Shown here: positions 11,886-20,863 of the stretch, one piece after another
Position numbering within the stretch: the first letter of the stretch is position 1
Layout: each line of letters begins with the position of its first letter
NCBI RefSeq assembly: GCF_000186885.1
Contig: NC_014972.1
Location: 1,170,001-1,202,000, forward strand
Reading direction: 5' to 3'
DNA: 32,000 nt
From: Desulfobulbus propionicus DSM 2032
Lineage (GTDB): Bacteria > Desulfobacterota > Desulfobulbia > Desulfobulbales > Desulfobulbaceae
Notes under the pieces: model-generated
What the model saw: only the letters and a program-made list of their open reading frames with translations
Database searches by the model: none
Told to the model about the DNA's origin: nothing
Position numbers and translations under genes: made by a program

Positions 11886-12678
11886 GGCGTTTCCAGAGGT
11901 TCAGCCACGATGCCCAGAGGGTGCTCGCGCTCCGAGGCGTCATCAGTGCCCCAAGGGCGGAGCGCAAGGTTTTCTCGTCGTGAAAGGGGGTGATCCGGCC
12001 TTGTTGCACCAGGGAGATTTCCTGGGTTTCCTCGGAGACCACGATGACAATGGCGTCGGTCTCCTCGGACAGACCGAGCGCGGCGCGGTGACGGGTGCCG
12101 TAGCGCTTGTCGATCCGGGGATTCTGCGACAGCGGCAGCAGGCAGCCGGAAGAATGAATCCGGCCCTTATGGATGATCACCCCTCCGTCGTGCATGGGCG
12201 AGGCGGGCAGGAAGATAGCCACCAGCAGCTCGGCACGCAGACGGGCGTCAAGCCGATGGCCGGTGTCGACATAGTCGCGCAGGCCGGTGCCCCGCTCGAT
12301 GACGATCAGGGCTCCGATGCGGCGTCTGGCCATGTAGGTGGCCGCGCGGACGATTTCGTCCAGGTCCTTTTCCGCCATGTCGACTGTCTTGTGAAAGGGC
12401 GTTTTGCCCATCTGGGTCAGGGCACGGCGGATGTCGGTTTGGAAGAGGATGACCAGGACCACCAGGATGGAGCCGAGAAAGGTTTTGAGCAGCCAGTGCA
12501 GGGTTTGCAGTTCAAACTTGCCGGCAAGGAAATAGATGATAATAATGAGCGCGATGCCCACCAGCATCTGCACCGCGCGGGTGCCGCGAATGAGCAGCAT
12601 GATCCGGTAAATGATGAAGGAAACGATAAGGATATCGAGGATATCCAGGAGTCGCAGGAAACGGATCGCGTCAAGCAT
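11869..12678 (-). CDS. cdaA: Diadenylate cyclase, CdaA/DisA_N family (c-di-AMP synthase)
   Basis: Start chosen at ATG 12678 (MLDAIRFLRLLDILDILIVSFIIYRIMLLIRGTRAVQM); TM helices then GALIVIERGTGL, DARLRAELLVAIFLPASPMHDGGVIIH, YGTRHRAALGLSEETDAIVIVVSEETQEISL. Confidence 0.94.
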   Translation of the reverse strand: MLDAIRFLRLLDILDILIVSFIIYRIMLLIRGTRAVQMLVGIALIIIIYFLAGKFELQTLHWLLKTFLGSILVVLVILFQTDIRRALTQMGKTPFHKTVDMAEKDLDEIVRAATYMARRRIGALIVIERGTGLRDYVDTGHRLDARLRAELLVAIFLPASPMHDGGVIIHKGRIHSSGCLLPLSQNPRIDKRYGTRHRAALGLSEETDAIVIVVSEETQEISLVQQGRITPFHDEKTLRSALGALMTPRSASTLWASWLNLWKRHAHDA

Positions 12679-12834
12679 CGGCGGCCGGGGCAAGGGTGAA
12701 CGGGATCGGAAACGACTCTGATATGTAGCACGTCGGCTACCGATTGAACAGGGGAAAGTAGGGCCGACCCGACAACCGCCCGGCAACGGAAAGCGGCAAG
12801 GGATCGACCGTCATGCACAACCCGGAGGAGAACC

Positions 12835-13431
12835 ATGATAGAACAACTTGTCCGCCAGACCAGAACGGTTCGGCGGTTTCACCAGGATCGGCCGCTTGAT
12901 CCAGCCATGCTGCACCGCCTGATCGATCTTGCCCGTCTGGGCGGTTCGGCCCGCAACGCCCAGGTGTTGAAATACACGGTGGTCACCGACGGGCGGCTGT
13001 GCGGGCAGCTGTTTCCCCTGCTTGGCTGGGCAGGGTATCTGCGCGACTGGCCGGGACCGGCGGAAGGGGAACGGCCGCCGGCTTATATTGTCTGCCTGCT
13101 GGACAACGAGCTGCTCAAGGGGCCGCAAACCGAGGCCCACTTCGATCTGGGCATCGCCACCCAAAACCTGTTGCTCGGCGCGGCCGAGCAGGGGGTGTTC
13201 GGCTGCCGTATCGGCGCTTTTTCAGCGGCGGCGGTACAGCGGCTGCTGCAACTGTCTGATCGCTTCACGGCGCTGTTGGTGGTGGCCCTCGGGTATCCGG
13301 CGGAAACCGTGGTGTTGGAAGAGATGGGCGCGGACGGCGATATCCGTTACTGGCACGACGAGCGGGAAGTGCATCATGTACCCAAACGGCCGCTTGCCGA
13401 TCTGTTGGTCGCCCCCCCGGAGGAGGCGTGA
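12835..13431 (+). CDS. Nitroreductase family protein
   Basis: IEQLVRQTRTVRRFHQDRPLDPAMLHRLIDLARLGGSARNAQVLKYTVV; FDLGIATQNLLLGAAEQGVFGCRIGAF; LLVVALGYPAE. Confidence 0.88.
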   Translation: MIEQLVRQTRTVRRFHQDRPLDPAMLHRLIDLARLGGSARNAQVLKYTVVTDGRLCGQLFPLLGWAGYLRDWPGPAEGERPPAYIVCLLDNELLKGPQTEAHFDLGIATQNLLLGAAEQGVFGCRIGAFSAAAVQRLLQLSDRFTALLVVALGYPAETVVLEEMGADGDIRYWHDEREVHHVPKRPLADLLVAPPEEA

Positions 13432-13832
13432 GCCAGGCCGATATGCTGCACCTGCTGGGCTTGTTGTCGGTGGTGACCTTTGTCGGCAGCCTGATCGCCG
13501 TTCCCTGGTTGATCGGCCGGATGCAGCCGGATTACTTTCTTACCCACTGGCGCAAGGTCGATGCGCGTCACCGCCGTCATCCGGCCTGGGCCCTGGCGAC
13601 CCTGGTGGTACGCAATACCCTTGGCCTGCTGCTGGTCCTGGCCGGCATCGTCATGCTGGTCCTGCCCGGCCAGGGACTGCTGACCATGCTGATCGGCGTG
13701 TGCGTGATGGATTTTCCCGGCAAGCGGAGACTGCTCGTGCGATTGGTGGACAATCAGACGCTTCAACGGGCGCTGAACTGGGTGCGACGTAAAGAGGGCA
13801 AGACGGAGTTTGTTTTTACGGAGGAGCGGTAG
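13428..13832 (+). CDS. PGPGW-like transmembrane protein
   Basis: Two or more TM helices; RNTLGLLLVLAGIVMLVLPGQGLLTMLIGVCVMDFPGKRR resembles the PGPGW family; overlaps the nitroreductase stop by 4 nt. Confidence 0.6.
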   Translation: MSQADMLHLLGLLSVVTFVGSLIAVPWLIGRMQPDYFLTHWRKVDARHRRHPAWALATLVVRNTLGLLLVLAGIVMLVLPGQGLLTMLIGVCVMDFPGKRRLLVRLVDNQTLQRALNWVRRKEGKTEFVFTEER

Positions 13833-13886
13833 AGAGGCGGTTATGCCAACTCTTCGTAGAAAAGAAACAACTATTCGATGTAATGA

Positions 13887-13923
13887 AAAAGAAAGCCCGA
13901 CAATTATTGTCGGGCTTTCTTGT
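13887..13923. terminator. Rho-independent terminator (usable in both directions)
   Basis: AAAGAAAGCCCGACAAT / ATTGTCGGGCTTTCTT perfect inverted repeat with flanking A and T tracts, between convergent genes. Confidence 0.9.
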
Positions 13924-13948
13924 CAAGCGATATTAAGTGATTCGACGA

Positions 13949-14698
13949 TCAGTTGCTGGCTTTCCGCCGACGGGCGAATCCCGCCAGCCCGGCGATGCCA
14001 GTACCGAACAGCAACATGGTAGCTGGTTCGGGGACGGGTTCTACAGATTCAACCATAACCACGAAATCTGTAAAATCCATATCTCCGCCACTTAGCAGGT
14101 CTTCCCATGCCAAAATGTACTCACTGTCAGTCCATGTCCCAGATGGCAGGTTAGGTAGTTGTACTTGATCAATATTATTACCTTGATAGGCAAACATATG
14201 ATCAAATTGATCTGTGTTCAATGATGTGTCGCTGTGCCACAATCCATCTGGTGTGTTGAGGTAATATCCAAAAGTATCTCCGGCGAAATCTATTCCTGTG
14301 TCAGAATTGTTAACCCAAACACTACCATCTAACTTAATAGACAACATTGCTTGAGCTCCAGCAGATTGAGGACCGCTGAAAAGTTGTACGTATTTGCCTG
14401 AATTATACACTCCAAATGTGTTTAAATCTGCATAACCGGCTATTTCTATAATCATGGTAGCAATACTTCCACCGGAAGCAGTAATACTCCAATAGGAATC
14501 GTATTCATCTGCTATAAAATCAGTGGAAACGTCTAGACTACTAGGACCGCCCGGATTAGGCAATGTGATATTATCAAATACAGTTTGCAACGAACTGCCA
14601 GGAATAGGAGTTCCCACCGGATCAGCCATCGCACTCCCTGCCAACAAGCCAACCCCTGCCAGTGCGATCAACGCGCTTTTCAATAGTTGCTTCTTCAT
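13949..14698 (-). CDS. Exported PEP-CTERM sorting-domain protein
   Basis: Signal peptide MKKQLLKSALIALAGVGLLAGSAMA; C-terminus VPEPATMLLFGTGIAGLAGFARRRKASN is a PEP-CTERM tripartite signal; WEDLLSGGDMDFTDFVVMVE near the C-terminus. RBS-like GGGAGGG before ATG. Confidence 0.93.
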   Translation of the reverse strand: MKKQLLKSALIALAGVGLLAGSAMADPVGTPIPGSSLQTVFDNITLPNPGGPSSLDVSTDFIADEYDSYWSITASGGSIATMIIEIAGYADLNTFGVYNSGKYVQLFSGPQSAGAQAMLSIKLDGSVWVNNSDTGIDFAGDTFGYYLNTPDGLWHSDTSLNTDQFDHMFAYQGNNIDQVQLPNLPSGTWTDSEYILAWEDLLSGGDMDFTDFVVMVESVEPVPEPATMLLFGTGIAGLAGFARRRKASN

Positions 14699-14838
14699 GA
14701 TACCCTCCCGAGGTTATGTGAATAAACACCCACATCTGTTTTTGTTGACTTTTGCTATTCATAATCCGTGCCCGTTTGCTGTGAATGTGATATGGTTGTT
14801 TGGTTGCTGTTGATTATCATTTGAAATTATTCAATTAT

Positions 14839-14871
14839 TTTTCTTGAGCGGGTGCCTTTTGCTCAAGAAAA
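14839..14871. repeat. Perfect 11-bp inverted repeat upstream of the PEP-CTERM gene
   Basis: TTTTCTTGAGC (14839-14849) GGGTGCCTTTT GCTCAAGAAAA (14861-14871). Confidence 0.8.
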
Positions 14872-15140
14872 CGCTGTTCTTTTTTTCTTCCGATCGTCTA
14901 AATATCCCTTGCTGGGCCGTGTTCGTGGCCAAGAACTATCCAGATGGCGCGTTTGCAGGCGGAAAAGTCTGGAAAAAGCAATTTTTATTTTATTATTACA
15001 ATACATTGTGCTTTTATGTCTTTTCCGGCAAGGCGGAAAACTATGGGGCGAGAAATCTCTCCATCATGGGGATGGCGCGGGAGGAACGAGTCGCGGTCCG
15101 TGCAGGATGACTGGCCAATGACAGTCGGCCGGGATGAGGT

Positions 15141-15728
15141 TCAGCGGGATTTTGCCTGGTTGGCTTGGGGGTGGAAGGCTGGGGCTGGCTGCTCGGTGAA
15201 GGCCAAGCCGATGTGGAAGAGGGGAGCGGTTTCAAGGGGCTCGGCCCAGATCACCCGGCCGATACCGTTCAGTTCGCTGACCGTGCCGTCGGTTTCCAGG
15301 GAGAAACGAATCAGGGTGTCTGGAGCCAGGGTTTGACGGCTGGCAAAGCGAATGCCGTGGTTGCTGAGATCGATGGTCCAAGCGTCGTCGTCCCGATGGC
15401 CGGGCATCTGGTCGCTGCCGGTTATTTCGGAAAAACGGAAAGCATGATGGCTGGGGATGCGGATCGAGCGGCGGCGGTTGACCGGCAGGCTGTCCTCGAT
15501 CGCCTGGTCGACATCGATGTGCGCCTGTTGTTGAAACTGCGGACACGCGGGATGGTGGCTGGAGGTGCAGTAGGCGACAACATGTTGTTCTACCGGCAGA
15601 AAGAGTCCATCCCTGACCAGGAGGCAGGCCCGGCTCAGGGGGGACCAATGCGGGCAGACGCGCTGCTGCAGCCGGAGGGTCTCCTGGGCCGTCTCGTGTG
15701 CTTGTTCGCTAACAGGCTGTTTTTTCAT
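15141..15728 (-). CDS. PilZ-domain protein (putative c-di-GMP effector)
   Basis: NRRRSIRIPSHHAFRFSEI (RxxxR) ... WTIDLSNHGIRFASRQTLAPDTLIRFSL (DxSxxG variant) ... GIGRVIWAEP. Confidence 0.75.
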   Translation of the reverse strand: MKKQPVSEQAHETAQETLRLQQRVCPHWSPLSRACLLVRDGLFLPVEQHVVAYCTSSHHPACPQFQQQAHIDVDQAIEDSLPVNRRRSIRIPSHHAFRFSEITGSDQMPGHRDDDAWTIDLSNHGIRFASRQTLAPDTLIRFSLETDGTVSELNGIGRVIWAEPLETAPLFHIGLAFTEQPAPAFHPQANQAKSR

Positions 15729-15991
15729 GACAAAATCTATGCAAGAAATGCTCCAGATGCTGCGGCTGGCGATTGTTTACCCTTCGGGAGCAAGGGTGAC
15801 TGCCGGCGGAGAAATCATTGCGGCCGGGCCGTGTCGATCCGGCAAAAAGTGTCCTTTTTTCCCTGCCCCGCCGCAAAGGCAGGGACTTTTTCGCCGGGGC
15901 ACAGTATATACTAGTCCGTTTCATGACCCTGCGTTGCCCGGTGGACACGGCCTCGACCTGCCCCGGTTTCTTGGAGAACAGGAAGAACCCC

Positions 15992-17740
15992 ATGAGTGAG
16001 ATCATCCGCTACGTCAAAGGCCTCGACCCGGATCGGGATGCATGGCTGACCAATTTTTTCACCGAAAATCATCTGGCCTACGAGACCTTCCCCGATGTGG
16101 TGGCCTCGCCGGAACAGCTCAAATTCATCGTCCATCTCGAGGATGAACAGATCTATTACCCCTGCTCGGACGAGCTGTTTGCCGCGATCATCGAAAAACG
16201 GGCGGACACGGTGCTGACCTCGGCCTATATCGGTATCTGGACCCGGCTGGAGAAGCTGGTGCGCGAGGTGGTGACCGATCCCTACAAACAGCGCTACCTG
16301 CTCAGCCTGCTGACCATCAAGTACAATCACGAAACCATGCACAAGGTGCAGCTGCCCGGGCGGATCGAAAAGCGGCTGTTGGGTATCTTCACCACCATCA
16401 GCGAGATCGACCGGCCACTGGCCGTTGAACGGGAACAGGAAAACAAGCGGGTGGCCGCCTTTCTCAAGTCGGAAACCTTTGAACAACTGTTCAACTCGCC
16501 GGAAGGGTTGGAGATTGGCGACACCACCACCCTGACCGACATCGACCTGCAACTCCATCTGCTGCGTCTGCGCCGCCTGTTGCTGCTCTCCTCGATGCGG
16601 CCCATCTGGCGCCAGGATCAGCCGCCGGACAGCGATACCCTTCGCCGGGTGATGAATCAACCTCTCGATACCCCGGAATGGCAATGGATCTGCAATTGGC
16701 TGCGGGATGTGATCGCCGGCAAACGGCGGCCCTGTATCCTGTGGGTGGGCGGCCGGTCGGGGGAGATCGTCTTTGACCTGGCCATCCTTCATATTTTCAT
16801 GAAGATCGGCATCAAGGTGATTTTGGCGGTCAAGCAGGATTTCTACTACCACCGGGTATCGTTCATCGATCTGCTGGAAGATCCGACCCTGGACGAGCTG
16901 CTCGAGGACGCGGACCTGATCGGCGATCCCAAGATCTCGAAGAATCAGCTGCTCCGTTACCTGGACAGCGACAATCGGCTGCTGGTCATCTCCGATGGCA
17001 CCCGAGAGCCCTTCAACCCGCTGCTGACCTCGGTCACCTATGCCCGTGCCTTCAAGGAGGCCGATTTGGTGGTCTACCGCAATCCCGGAGGTCGCGAGAA
17101 CATCAACAACCATTTTCAATTCACCCGCGATATCGTCTCCATCATCCCCGGCGACGACGGCGAGGTCGACATCCTGCTCAAGCCGCACCACCCCAAGGCG
17201 GTCCGCTTCTCCCGCGCCCAGCTGCGGCGCAAGGCTCAGGAACTGATCAGCATGGTCGAGCGGGAAAAGGCGCAGGGCAAGACGATCATGTTCTACTCGG
17301 CCATTGTCGGTTCCATCCCCGGCCAGCTGAAGACCGCCAAGGAGATCCTCAACGTCTTTGTCGAATACCTGCGCTCGTCGCTCAACGACGTGGTGATCAT
17401 CAATCCGGGCGAGCATTTCGTCGAGGGCATGGATGCCGACGACATCATGTACATGTGGGAAATTTTTCAACGATCCGGCAATATCGACATCTGGCGCTTC
17501 CAGAGCGTGGACGACATCGTCAAATCCTTCGAGCTCATGGGCAAGAAAGTGCCGCCGGAATGGACCGGCAAGGACGCCACCTATTCCACCGGCTGCACCA
17601 AGGAGATGGAGATTGCCGTGCAGATGCAGAAGCAGTATCCGGAAATGCAGCTGATCGGCCCGCCCTACGAGAAATTCCAGCGCCGCAAGGAGTACGGGGT
17701 CGGCAAGCTGTACGATCGCACCCTGGCCGGCAGCGAATGA
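15992..17740 (+). CDS. Uncharacterised ~582-aa protein with DUF89/ARMT1-like motifs
   Basis: Start chosen at ATG 15992 (MSEIIRYVKGLDPDRDAWLTNFF); CILWVGGRSGEIVFDLAILHIFMKIGIKVILAVK and LLVISDGTREPFNPLLTSVTYARAFKEADLVVYRNPGG resemble DUF89 metal-dependent phosphatase signatures. Confidence 0.55.
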   Translation: MSEIIRYVKGLDPDRDAWLTNFFTENHLAYETFPDVVASPEQLKFIVHLEDEQIYYPCSDELFAAIIEKRADTVLTSAYIGIWTRLEKLVREVVTDPYKQRYLLSLLTIKYNHETMHKVQLPGRIEKRLLGIFTTISEIDRPLAVEREQENKRVAAFLKSETFEQLFNSPEGLEIGDTTTLTDIDLQLHLLRLRRLLLLSSMRPIWRQDQPPDSDTLRRVMNQPLDTPEWQWICNWLRDVIAGKRRPCILWVGGRSGEIVFDLAILHIFMKIGIKVILAVKQDFYYHRVSFIDLLEDPTLDELLEDADLIGDPKISKNQLLRYLDSDNRLLVISDGTREPFNPLLTSVTYARAFKEADLVVYRNPGGRENINNHFQFTRDIVSIIPGDDGEVDILLKPHHPKAVRFSRAQLRRKAQELISMVEREKAQGKTIMFYSAIVGSIPGQLKTAKEILNVFVEYLRSSLNDVVIINPGEHFVEGMDADDIMYMWEIFQRSGNIDIWRFQSVDDIVKSFELMGKKVPPEWTGKDATYSTGCTKEMEIAVQMQKQYPEMQLIGPPYEKFQRRKEYGVGKLYDRTLAGSE

Positions 17741-17852
17741 GACGGACTGCCCGGAACGGTGAGCCGTTGACTGGCGCCTCTTTTGCCGTCTTGCGGCCCG
17801 CGCGTTTGCGGCAACGAAGGAACGATATTTTCAGTACACAACAATCAAGACG

Positions 17853-18932
17853 ATGAACAACACGCAAGCCGTCAGTTTTCTGGATGCCACCTTGCGCAAG
17901 GTGTATCCGCAGGATTTTGAATACCGCCAGTTGGCCGAGGAACGCCTGGAGCAGCTGACCATGCCCCGTTGGGCCCTGGGCGATTTGCTGGATCTGGCCG
18001 TCGACCTGGCCGGCATGACCCGTTCACTGCGGCCGCCGGTAGCCCGCAAGAAGGTGGTGATCATGGTGGGCGATCACGGGGTGACCGCTGAGGGGGTGTC
18101 GAAATATCCGCCGGAGGTGACCGCCCAAATGGTGCGCAACTTCGTCCGTGGCGGGGCCGGGATCAATGCCTTGGCCCGCCAGGCAGGGGCCGGGGTGTGC
18201 GTGGTCGATGTCGGGGCCAGGGATGATTTTGCCGATCTGGTGCGGGAAGGTGCGATCATGGCCAAGAAAATTGGACATGGCACCGCCAACATGGTCTATG
18301 GCCCGGCCATGACCCGGACCCATGCGGTCATGGCGGTCGAGGCGGGAATCGAGGTGGCCAATGCTCTGGCCGCCGAGGTCGATGTCTTGGGCGCCGGCGA
18401 AATGGGTATCGGCAATACCACCCCGAGCACCGCCATCGCGGCGGTGTTCACCGGCAGGAAGGTGGCTGAGCTGACCGGTCGGGGCACCGGCATCGACGAT
18501 ATCCAGTTGGCCAATAAGATCGCGGTGATCGAAAAAGCCCTGACCCGCAACAAACCCAATGCCAAGGACGGCCTCGATGTGCTGGCCAAGGTCGGCGGTT
18601 TTGAGATCGGCGCCATTGCCGGCCTCATTCTCGGTGCGGCCGCCCACCGCAAGCCGGTGATTGTCGACGGGTTCATTTCCACCGCCGGGGCGATGATCGC
18701 TTCTAGCCTGGAACCCTTTGTCCGCGACTATCTGATCTGCGCCCATCGCAGCGCCGAACCGGGTCATGGGGCACTGCTGGATGCATTGCGGCTTCGGCCC
18801 CTGCTTGATCTCAACCTGCGCCTGGGCGAAGGGAGCGGGGCGGCCCTGGCCATGAATGTAGTGGAGGCGGCCGTGGCCATCCTCACGGAAATGGCCACCT
18901 TTGCCGAAGCCGGCGTAGCCGGACCCCGATAA
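17853..18932 (+). CDS. cobT: Nicotinate-nucleotide--dimethylbenzimidazole phosphoribosyltransferase
   Basis: PRWALGDLLDLAVDLAGM, VVIMVGDHGVTAEGVSKYPPEVTAQMV, GEMGIGNTTPSTAI, PVIVDGFISTAGAMIA, AHRSAEPGHGALLDAL, GEGSGAALAM motifs. Confidence 0.96.
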   Translation: MNNTQAVSFLDATLRKVYPQDFEYRQLAEERLEQLTMPRWALGDLLDLAVDLAGMTRSLRPPVARKKVVIMVGDHGVTAEGVSKYPPEVTAQMVRNFVRGGAGINALARQAGAGVCVVDVGARDDFADLVREGAIMAKKIGHGTANMVYGPAMTRTHAVMAVEAGIEVANALAAEVDVLGAGEMGIGNTTPSTAIAAVFTGRKVAELTGRGTGIDDIQLANKIAVIEKALTRNKPNAKDGLDVLAKVGGFEIGAIAGLILGAAAHRKPVIVDGFISTAGAMIASSLEPFVRDYLICAHRSAEPGHGALLDALRLRPLLDLNLRLGEGSGAALAMNVVEAAVAILTEMATFAEAGVAGPR

Positions 18933-18981
18933 CCGGCGCTGCTACTGGGTATAAAAATTTGTACTTTGGTGAGGCTGAATC

Positions 18982-19010
18982 TTGACGATCGGGATGGTGT
19001 GTGCTATTTT
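18982..19010 (+). promoter_or_regulatory. Possible sigma70-type promoter for the small secreted protein gene
   Basis: TTGACG (18982-18987), 17-bp spacer, TATTTT (19005-19010), ~42 nt before ATG 19053. Confidence 0.45.
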
Positions 19011-19052
19011 ACAATCTAGTCAATACCCATTCCCAAAAGTGGTGGAGCTATT

Positions 19053-19502
19053 ATGAAGCGCATGGCATTCGGGATAACACTTTTTGCTGTACTGCTGCTG
19101 TTTGGCGACCGTCTCACCCATGCCAGCGAGGCCCAGGCAGCCCTGACAGGCCGGACTTCGGTCTATAGGTATGAGATACCGGAGAGCTTGAGCCCCGAGG
19201 AAAAAAACTGGTTCAAGACCTTCCAGGAAGGCAATTTTCTTTCCGAAGGCTGGCAGCAGATTTCCGCAGAAATAATGGCCAAGACCCCGCCCGAGCAACG
19301 TTCGGCGCAGAAAATCGCCTTGGACAATCTGGGGAGGAAAATCGGCATGGAATGGAGCCGGGCCAACGATGTCCGCAAGGTGGATTCGACCATGCTCCAG
19401 GAGTGGGGCGACATTCTGCGGACAACGGCCCGTAAGAATCCCCAGCAACTGGCCTCGGCCATTGCCTATATCGATCAGGAAGTCGACGCCGTTCTTGATT
19501 GA
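19053..19502 (+). CDS. Small secreted hypothetical protein
   Basis: N-terminal signal peptide MKRMAFGITLFAVLLLFGDRLTHASEA; ORF preceded by promoter-like sequence and GGTGGAG RBS; no recognised family. Confidence 0.65.
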   Translation: MKRMAFGITLFAVLLLFGDRLTHASEAQAALTGRTSVYRYEIPESLSPEEKNWFKTFQEGNFLSEGWQQISAEIMAKTPPEQRSAQKIALDNLGRKIGMEWSRANDVRKVDSTMLQEWGDILRTTARKNPQQLASAIAYIDQEVDAVLD

Positions 19503-20863
19503 TCCTCCTGCCCGCTGTTCCCGAGTCCTTCCTCGCTGACCTGCTCCACCCTGCACTGTAACGCTCCCCGGTGGAGCAGGACCTCCACGACCTCTCCCGT
19601 GCGGACCTGACCATAGCCGGTGACCACCCGTTGTTTTTTTTCGGTCGTCCGCACGATCGCGTAGCCCCGTTCCAGGGTGGCCAGGGGGCTGACCGCGTGC
19701 AACACGCCCGCGACCCTGGCAAATCGTTCCTCTTTGCCCTGATACTGGGTACGAATCGCTCGCAGGAGACGGATGCGCGCCTCGTTGAGCCGTTGCTCAT
19801 AGAGATGGACCCGGCGGACCGGGTTTAATCGAGCCAGGGTGCGGGCGGCGTGGGCAAGCCGCTGGCCCCGGGCATCCAGCGTGGTGTGCAGCGACCGCTC
19901 CAACCGTGTCGTCAGCTGATCGAGCCGCAGCATCAGCCGTTCAAGGGGGTGACGCATGGATTCAAGCCGACGTCTGGCCACAAGCAAGCGCTGTGCCGCC
20001 CCCTCGGTTCGGCTCCGGAGGAGACGGCGCAGCCGCTCATCCTGCTGGTTGATGCGCACACGCAGGGCCGCGCTGTCCGGCGTCAGCAGTTCGGCCGCGG
20101 CGCTGGGTGTCGGTGCCCGTAGATCGGCGGCAAAATCCGCGATGGTGAAATCAATTTCATGGCCTACCGCGCTGACCACCGGCACGGCCGAACGACGGAT
20201 GGCCCGGGCCAGGTGCTCGTCGTTGAAGGCCCACAGATCCTCGATCGACCCGCCTCCCCGGCAAAGGACGATCAGGTCGGTGGCCACCCGGGCATTGATC
20301 TCCTCCAGGGCGCGTATCATCTCGGCCGAGGCCTGTTCGCCCTGAACAGCCACCGGATAGACCGCTATTCGCACCATGGGGCAGCGCCGGTTGGCGATGT
20401 GGATGAAGTCATGCACCGCTGCCCCCCGGGGCGAGGTCACCAGGGTGATGTGGCCGGGAAAGCCGGGTGGGCGGCGTTTGCGGTGCTCGTCAAACAGCCC
20501 CTCGGTGGCCAGCCGTTGTTTCAGTTGCTCAAAGGCCAGCTGCAGGGCGCCCGCTCCCTGGTGATCGATGGTATCGACGATCAGCTGATATTCGCCTCGC
20601 GGTTCATAGACCGAGATCCGGCCGCGGCAGACCACATGATCTCCATCCTTGGGGAATCGGCTCAGGTAGCGTTGCTGCATTTTGAACAGCACCGCCCTGA
20701 TCTGGGCGCCGCTGTCCTTGAGGGTGAAATAACAGTGACCCGAGTAGGGCTTGTGCAGGTTGGAAATCTCTCCGCCCACACTGATAAAGGGGTACTGGGC
20801 CTCCAGCAGGAGGCGGATGGACTCGTTGAGTTCGGACACAGTCAAGACACGGCGGTCATCCAT
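19475..20863 (-). CDS. xseA: Exodeoxyribonuclease VII large subunit
   Basis: LTVSELNESIRLLLEAQYPFISVGGEISNLHKPYSGHCYFTLKD; RISVYEPRGEYQLIVD; RGGGSIEDLWAFNDE; PVVSAVGHEIDFTIADFAADLRAPTPSAAAE. Confidence 0.98.
   Translation of the reverse strand: MDDRRVLTVSELNESIRLLLEAQYPFISVGGEISNLHKPYSGHCYFTLKDSGAQIRAVLFKMQQRYLSRFPKDGDHVVCRGRISVYEPRGEYQLIVDTIDHQGAGALQLAFEQLKQRLATEGLFDEHRKRRPPGFPGHITLVTSPRGAAVHDFIHIANRRCPMVRIAVYPVAVQGEQASAEMIRALEEINARVATDLIVLCRGGGSIEDLWAFNDEHLARAIRRSAVPVVSAVGHEIDFTIADFAADLRAPTPSAAAELLTPDSAALRVRINQQDERLRRLLRSRTEGAAQRLLVARRRLESMRHPLERLMLRLDQLTTRLERSLHTTLDARGQRLAHAARTLARLNPVRRVHLYEQRLNEARIRLLRAIRTQYQGKEERFARVAGVLHAVSPLATLERGYAIVRTTEKKQRVVTGYGQVRTGEVVEVLLHRGALQCRVEQVSEEGLGNSGQEDQSRTASTS

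Noticed and set aside
14844-15121. Overlapping small plus-strand ORFs in the AT-rich gap (88 and 89 aa)
   Set aside because: Mutually overlapping in different frames, no RBS or domain, and they cross the inverted repeat region; likely chance ORFs.
14699-15140. Possible c-di-GMP (GEMM) riboswitch or sigma54 promoter for the PEP-CTERM gene
   Set aside because: CACAGCAAACGGGCACGG...GCAAAAG on the minus strand only loosely resembles GEMM and the -24/-12 spacing does not fit sigma54.
15911-17470. 519-aa minus-strand ORF
   Set aside because: Antisense to the DUF89-like gene, which has the better start, RBS-like context and protein motifs.
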